Shown here piece after piece: positions 57,401-64,000 of a stretch of 64,000 nt of DNA; position 1 is the stretch's first letter; every line of letters begins with the position of its first letter. The stretch is from NCBI GenBank assembly GCA_030141605.1, contig JAQGDQ010000044.1:310001-374000 (forward strand), read 5' to 3'. Source of the stretch: Tubiluchus corallicola (lineage: Eukaryota; Animalia; Priapulida). The position numbers were made by a program, and so were the translations under genes. A model generated the notes under the pieces. It saw only the letters and a list, made by a program, of their open reading frames with translations, was not told where the DNA came from and did no database searches.

Positions 57401-58955
57401 CTTTTTGATTTCATGTATAGACCCAAATACATCCCTCCTCCAAAATGAAAACAGCCAGAAGCAGTTTACCAGAGAGTCACCCGTGTATCCGATGAGGCTC
57501 GGTGTTGCTTAAGTTGTGTTGCAAACACACACTGTGAACACTCAGATGCTAACCTAAATTACCGCCCTAAATTAACCCTGTAACAACAACAGATACCTGG
57601 CAACAGATATTAGTAATTAACAAATTTACTTGAGGTTCAATAAACATTCAGTATAATTCAATTTTCTGTAATCCTACACACTATACATTTCTAGTAATAT
57701 TTTAGTTACCAATATCGTATAACTGTTGTTCAGGCGAACCATGTGGTGCATTAGGATCACCGCCGTATACAATATGTCCAACAAAATCCGTGTAGAACAA
57801 GTTATGGCAAATCAGTGCTGTCCATGTGAGAAAATGTGCAACAAATATCCTTCGAAGTACAAGTGGCATCCGCAAGAACTGACTCACTATTTTTACTGGT
57901 TGGTACAGAAATGTCACGATCAGTTTGATGAACATTTTTATTACTGAGATTAAAAACCGGTTGAATGTCAGTCTGAAGGAAAAACAACGATATAAAAGAC
58001 GCACTGAAGACGTACGAGTAAAACTAGAAATTTGAACCTTGGCCTCCTTTGGTATTAATAAAATACTGTCTTCACGAGTATCATCAGAATTTGTTCTTTT
58101 ACAACCTAAATCACAAGAATTCTCACTAACTACTTCTGTATAATCATCTAGTGAATTTAGCTGATGTCCTTGCCCATTGCTATTGAGAGCTTTAGCTTCA
58201 TTGTTACCGTTTTGGACACAAGCTTCGACACCATCAGTAACGTCATTAGTTCTTTGTTTCAACTGTTTCCTTTTACTGTTAATCAACAATGGCTTTTCTC
58301 TCATCACAGTCAAGGTTGTGAAAAATGACAGTATAAACAAAACTGCGATAACAGTAAAAACAGACTGTTCCTGGGAACCGAGTACCACACCCAGGCGACT
58401 TTCCGACCAGTCAAGAGCAGTAATGAGGTATCCAATACAACCACCTAAACTCATCATAAACGAGTATATGGAGAAAGCAGTTTCCTGCGACGCAGTATTT
58501 TTGCAAATGTCTGAAAGCAGAGCCTCAAATGGATTAAAAGCAGCTTGTGAACAAAAGTCTAGCATGACCACACCCAAGATTAACAAACCCACAGTCCAAG
58601 TGCGATACTTAGTGACAACGTCTGACGACGCCATGTGAAAAGAAGAAGGAATAATGACTAAAGAAATGATGACACCAAAACACAAAAAGATAATGAAAGG
58701 TCTTCTCCGTCCTAGTGACGATGTGCACCTGTCGCTAGCTCGGCCTATTACTGGGACAACAAAAAGCCCAATAAGCGGGCCTAGGCCTAGTATCACAGTC
58801 ATGTATTGATCACTAATTCCTGCCTTAAGCAACATTGGAGGCAGGTAAGTAAATGTGGCACTTGCACAGAATTCCAGCCCACAGGTTATAAAGTTGAGAA
58901 ACATGAGATGATACAGTGGAATGGCATGTTCTTTGCGTATGTCTTTTTGATGCAT
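48461..58955 (-). CDS. SLC45A3: SLC45-family proton/sugar symporter, SLC45A3 (prostein)-like, 4 coding exons, 586 aa
   Basis: Exons: 57710-58955 (GLEFCASATFTYLPPMLL, GRASDRCTSSLGRRRPFI, LDFCSQAAFNPFEALLSD, LFYTDFVGHIVYGGDP), 53415-53528 (VRMGSWGLLFHC), 50183-50334 (TGFGFATFTAIPFALI), 48461-48709 (RGSGSDMAVLDAAFFLAQV). All are GT-AG and in phase, 1761 nt. The N- and C-terminal motifs resemble SLC45A3 more than SLC45A2 from memory; the paralog assignment needs a tree. Confidence 0.88.
49553..49665. repeat. 38-bp tandem repeat x3
   Basis: tcaaaatgttttgaaaccattt(c/t)g(g/c)ca(t/c)gtgaaaa repeated. Confidence 0.9.
49943..50151. mobile_element. hAT-like MITE close to an SLC45A3 donor
   Basis: Ends are cagggctgtcttaat / attaaggggaccct. 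Flanks gtaagtag/ttaagtag look like an 8-bp TSD. Confidence 0.55.
50858..51585. repeat. Two related imperfect (TTG/CTG)n tracts (50858-50965, 51355-51585)
   Basis: Both share cttctgctctgctgcttgt..gctgttactgttg..tgtcaatgttgt. Confidence 0.8.
51665..52105 (-). mobile_element. tRNA-derived SINE interrupted by a retroposon 3' tail
   Basis: On the minus strand the A-box TGGCATAATGG (~52091-52101) and the B-box GTTCGAGGC (~51684-51692) are separated by ~365 bp that ends in AATAAA(TTGAT)n. Confidence 0.55.
53798..54221. mobile_element. hAT-like MITE (CAGG(G/A)CC(A/G)GATTA TIR)
   Basis: caggaccagatta ... taatccagcccag; internal similarity to 55834-56230. Confidence 0.65.
54820..55263. mobile_element. 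piggyBac-type non-autonomous element
   Basis: TTAA|CCCTTTCA...TGAAAGGG|TTAA, with TTAA at 54816-54819 and 55264-55267. Confidence 0.8.
55834..56230. mobile_element. hAT-like MITE, same family as 53798
   Basis: cagggccggatta ... taatccagctc; shares cggatg.a..c.ctctt and gatatattttagcaa with 53798-54221. Confidence 0.65.
56533..57030 (+). mobile_element. Kolobok-like MITE (TTAA|AGG start)
   Basis: The first ~140 bp are homologous to 21779-21925. The right end is approximate. Confidence 0.55.
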
Positions 58956-58972
58956 CACTGGAGGATTGGTAG

Positions 58973-59181
58973 TTGTGCTGTGGCAATTTATGCAACGGCG
59001 ATTGATTTACGTAAATTTTCATGACCATTCTCACCAAAAAATAGTCTGAAAAAATACAAAACATCAACTGTCAATTTATTGTGCTGTGGCAATTTATGCC
59101 ACGGCAATTGATTTACGTAAATTTTCATGACCATTCTCACCAAAAAATAGTCTGAAAAAATACAAAACATAAACTGTCAAT
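58973..59181. repeat. 106-bp tandem duplication containing the SLC45A3 acceptor
   Basis: ttgtgctgtggcaatttatgc...tagtctgaaaaaatacaaaacat.aactgtcaat occurs twice. Minus-strand AG positions are 59046-59047 and 59152-59153. Confidence 0.92.
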
Positions 59182-60096
59182 GTTAAAGCTTAACTACAAC
59201 TTGTTATCATATAACAATTTACTATAAACAACAGAATGTCTAATCAAGAATGTCAGTTTTACAACACGTAACTTCTTTCCCTTTTCGACTGTAAATTTTG
59301 AACAATTAAGTATACTGGTTGCAGGGACACACGCAATATGTTGCAACATTTTCTTAAGCAAAAAATGTCACTTTGGTGCTGTGAAAATTTTGCAATGTGC
59401 ATCTGTTTTTCACAAAATGTAAGAATTGTAGTAGTACTTACACAGCTCTCTTTAGCTCAGTGGGTTTCGTATAATTAATAACTATTGGTTTCAAAGTGAT
59501 ATTTGCAAATTTGTATATTTTATTATTTTAATACTACCTTTTTCTTTCACATTATTATCTAAATTCCGCACATTCACCGATCTTTAAAATAATGTCAACG
59601 TGCAAAGGACCTCATGGTCGTATGTTGCCTTTCCGTTTAGCTTTGTTCTTGCACATGCTCTCTTGTAATTATTGTCTTTAGCCACGTGTGTGAAATAAAC
59701 GATCTATCTAGTGTAGCCACTCTTATTTGAACACTTATTCATTAATAATTTAGTTACGTTAATAATTGTGACCTAAAGTAAATTCCAAGTTAGCAATACT
59801 AATAGTAATTTAAAGTAAGATGAAGCTTAAATCCAAACCTGTAAAGACATAAGACAGTATTAAGTAACCGTACCTAAGCATTGCCGCGTCCAGAAACTTT
59901 AATAGGATAAACATAAGCTAAAACTTAGAGCTTACACATGAACATGGGTTAACTAGCAAATTCACGGTTACAGGTTTTGTGCACTTAATAAATTTAGTCA
60001 CTGTTTTGTGTTACCAGTGTGTAATTATGTCAAGTTTTTTTTGCTATCTAAGAAAAGAGAAGTAATCTTTGTACGGCTGCGTATCGCACAGTGTGT

Positions 60097-60113
60097 GGGC
60101 GGAGCTGACTCAT
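60097..60113. promoter_or_regulatory. GC box adjacent to an AP-1/ARE-like site, candidate SLC45A3 regulatory element
   Basis: GGGCGG at 60097-60102 followed by GCTGACTCAT. This is a motif match only. Confidence 0.3.
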
Positions 60114-60214
60114 GGTATTGTCTTTGCCACAGTGATAAAAGTGTTTTAGAATGGGCAGTGTGAAAAAAACAGAATTGCTATTATCGTAATTTTAACAAGA
60201 TTAATTTTCTTTGC

Positions 60215-60325
60215 TGCAGCTTGTTGCTTTTGTTGTTGCTTGTGTTGTCAATATAGATGTCGTTGTTATTATGGCTGCTAGTGTCGTTGACGTAATGTCG
60301 TTTTTGCTTTTGCTGTTGTTGCTGT
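60215..60325. repeat. Imperfect (TTG)n tract
   Basis: Directly visible. Confidence 0.75.
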
Positions 60326-61049
60326 TATTGTTGTTGTTTTAACGGCTCTTCTTGTTATCGTCCCCGTTGTTGTTTTGACGTTGTACAGTACAATGCCTTT
60401 ATTTATCGCCTGTTTTTACAAAATAAAACATCATCCTACAGGCTGTTTTCACAGACCATTTTTACTAAAAACAATATAGTCTCTTTACAAATTATAACAT
60501 GAAATACACGTACTTCACAAGCTTGCATGCAACTATTATATTCCTCATGTGCTCACTCATTCACCCCTCATGCACTTCGCTCACTTTAACCAAAATTTAC
60601 ACATAATTTTTATAATTATAGTGAAGTAAATTTCCAGTTAGGTGGTGGTAAGGCTTGATAGGATTTAAGTCATTACATACCAATTATATTTTCCTATAGT
60701 TCAGTAACTCAGTTTCAATGAATTTACTCCATAACATGCAGTTCTGTAATGACTCATTTTATCTAAATTTTAATGTCAGGTTACTGGAGTGGGTTCTCAC
60801 TAAGTCTTATTGTCGTTGATTTGTTAGTAATAATTATTACTGTTGCTAATGATATTGTTATTATTGCTGCATGTAAATGCACTCCTATAATGGGAGTTCC
60901 TATTGCAAAAGTATTTCTAGCACAGCAAAACGACAACATCATCTCTGGAATCTCACGTCCTCTGACATGACCCTGCCAATCACATTACTCCACACTGCCT
61001 TGTCACCTGCAACGTCCCATGTCTCTGTATTTTTGATATCTAATAGTGT

Positions 61050-61410
61050 GTTGATAAATCCTTTTGGGTGAAATTGATGTAAGTCACCAGCTGCCCTCCT
61101 TACAGTTTCTTTTCTTTCTGTAACGCTTCTCTGAAAGCTAATTTTAATGGGCTGTCATCTGGTACTTGTATAACATGTCCTATCCATTTTAATTTTCTTT
61201 TGATTTTAATTGTCCATTTCTATGCCTTGACTTTGTTAACAGATTCTGGTTTGATAATTTCTTTGGCCATTTTATTCCTAGAATGTTCCTGTAGTTTCTT
61301 CTTTGAAATGCATCAATTTCTTATTTGCGTTGTACTTTGATTGGATTTTACTTTGATTGTCCATAAATTGGAGTTATAGAGTAACACAGTTTCCACAAGT
61401 GCCACAAAAA
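61050..61410 (-). mobile_element. RTE-type LINE 3' fragment
   Basis: The minus strand gives ALVETVLLYNSNLWTIK ... ILGIKW ... KRKLKWIGHVIQVPDDSPLKLA, typical of the post-RT region of RTE LINEs. Confidence 0.75.
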
Positions 61411-64000
61411 TTCTACTGGCCACAGATACAAAACTTCGAAAGTTTTATCCCGCAATTTATATAATGGACTGTAGTGACAACTTACGGCAAAGCAAAGTAA
61501 AATTTATTATGTTTCGATGGAATTGAGCTGGAAATTTTAAGTTGTATTTTAGTTATAAATTTCTGCACCAATATTCTCAGCTTTTATTCCGGATAACTGT
61601 GTTGCAGCATTAAACGGTATTGCAACGGCATTGGACGTGCAGAATAATAGTTAAACAATATATAGATATGATTCACAGTTGTGCCAGGTCCGCAAACAGG
61701 TGTCAATCCTACACATTCAACATTCCACAAATCTGCAAGAAAATTATAGCAATCCTATGCATATGTTTGCCGGGCAGCGGATACTGAGGATAGATCTTTC
61801 CGGGCTTTTCCTCTGGTATCAAAGTGCTTACGCAAGATGTTGGTGGTAAACAATGACTACAAATGTTTTTAGTGTTTCAAATTAAAATTATTATAGATAG
61901 TGCAATTTACACATCATATAGTTTCGGCTTTAAACTTATACTCTTGTTTTTGCCAAATCATTGCCAGAAAGCACAAGGTGTGGCGCCACAAACGAATAAA
62001 AATGACTGCGATCATGAAGAGAATCTGAAACTTTAATTTTCGCAATCACTTCCTTAGAAACGGTGCGTAGTATAAGAAGTTTTATAACTGCTGCTTAATG
62101 GATATAGTATGAGAAACATTTGAACCACAAATAAAGACATATTTTATTTTTTATATTGATCATCGATGTTTTTAAAACATTTCGCCTAGTGGCCTACATT
62201 GTACGGCAATTCGTGTCAAGTGGTGACTGGTAAATAATATGAGTAGTCTAATACTGAATGGTTTCAAATAATGTTCAAATATTAGAGTTATTATGTTCAC
62301 TGCATCATACTGTTGGTATCTGACACGCTTTAATTGATAGACTAAGTATAAACTAGTTTTAAATTGTTATATAAAAGTAATATAATAATAAAACAATTTA
62401 GACAAATTAACTATAACTTATAAGATCTGAATTATAAGTTTGTTTCTGATTTGTTGTAGTTTTGCACTGTGGGTAGGAAGGCATTTTATTTTATCTTTTG
62501 CCGGTGGCTATGTTGGTGTGAATTTACCAAATTTTCTAACCACAGTGCTACATCTTATTTTAATAAGATGACCACATTTTTCGTTTAAATCATTTTTTTA
62601 AAAGTGAAATTTTTATTAAGAATTGTAATTCATTTCTAACTAATTAATGAGAGATAAATGTAAATCGTTAATGCCATCACCTACTAGAATATTCAACATA
62701 AGCATTGAGAGAAGATTGGAGGGGTAAAATGCGATCATTTATGCTTAATCCCCTCTCCACGATGTAAGCTGTAACAAATATGTATCTGTAGCACGTACTC
62801 ACCATCGTCGCTACTGTCACCAGGTCATTCAAATTTACCATATGACAAATATTCATTTATCTCTTTGTACGATATAGAACAATCATTACTATTAGGTTCG
62901 ATAGGCAGGTCACGAAAAGTTGTTACACAGTACAAAGTTAGAGGAGGGATAATGAAAAGATTGTAGAAGGCGCCTAGTCTGCTATCCTTTACTAGGTACG
63001 GAAAACTATTATTAGACACTAGCGGACATGTAAATTTACTGTTGATTGATTTGGGAAACATTATTCAATTTTTAATATTATTGCATTTACTATTACTATT
63101 ATGCATTAGTGCACCTTAGCTACTCCCGCTGCTACATTGTACAGTCAAATTTTCACGGGACCAAAATATTTTTTGTATTAAGCGGGTATCATACTATCCA
63201 TTGCACGTATTTTTACTTCTGATATAAAATAGTAATTTACGAACGTGTAGTCCCTTAGTCAGTTTCTTCTGTCAGGGAGCATAATTTAAGCTTGTTTAAC
63301 CTTTTGTTTGGCATAAGTACAAACTGCAGAATTATTTCAACATGTTAATAGTTATTTGCTTTGGTTAGTCTAAACTCTAAAGCAAGTATTGGGTTAGAGG
63401 TGTCAGTGAGTCTGCGGTATGTTGCTACCACGAATGTACAGTCTGTATTTACTACAGCCACTGCTGGTATTACAATTGAATACGTTTAAGCGAGGCCTAG
63501 ATGTTTAGGGATGGGAAGGCAGATACTAACAAGTAGGCCTACAACTTTTAATTATAGGTACCGTATAGATACCACAATTAGCAGAAGATATGTTCATTCC
63601 GCACAAATAATGTGAAACAAAAAACTAAAATTCAAAGTGTGAAAAAATGGGCATTAAAAAAATTTAAAACATTACTGTTAACCAGTGGGAAATAAACAAA
63701 CTTTGATTCCGACTACTTTAAATACATCTTCTGAGCTAGTGAGGCAAGGCAGAAACATTCTTTGTGGCCAGCTGCCTGTATCACCTAAAGTTATGAGAAA
63801 CTGTAATAACGCTCAGAACTCTGTACTGGTCATAGATGCAATGCCATGCACTTGTATTCTGTTAGTATGTTGTCTTTTATCTTGGTGTGGTAATTATTGC
63901 AGAAGTCTAGGAATTTAATTCGCTTTCTACGAAACACAATTTTCTTCCTTATAATTTGTTCTGTGTTTTTAAAAAAAATTTCTTAATGTTGGAACTTTGG

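Noticed and set aside
58177-58638. 153-aa plus-strand ORF
   Set aside because: Antisense shadow of the large SLC45A3 exon, with no recognisable domain.
62803-63061. 78-aa ORF followed by a strong GTGAGT donor near 62802
   Set aside because: It could be a 5' exon of SLC45A3 or a repeat relic, but I recognised no homology and could not tie it to a gene.

Overview
AT-rich animal genomic DNA, probably invertebrate; the taxon cannot be fixed from sequence. It is not prokaryotic, and I found no CRISPR array, rRNA or intact tRNA. Four spliced protein-coding genes lie head-to-tail on the minus strand, and I rebuilt each exon by exon with GT-AG boundaries and consistent phase. They are an SLC45A3-like transporter (4 coding exons, 586 aa), MFSD12 (10 coding exons, 493 aa), an EP4-like prostanoid GPCR (2 coding exons, 477 aa) and POLDIP2 (11 coding exons, 342 aa). 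Introns and intergenic DNA carry LINE, SINE, MITE and DNA-transposon relics plus micro- and minisatellites. The points most worth following up are: (1) repeated local duplications that capture splice sites or a poly(A) signal, including an inverted copy of the POLDIP2 27-nt microexon; (2) the prostanoid receptor lacks the conserved ECL2 cysteine; (3) a possibly ancient MFSD12-prostanoid receptor(-SLC45) linkage; (4) a switchable dileucine sorting tail on MFSD12. I cannot claim a wholly new system. These are hypotheses from manual reading.
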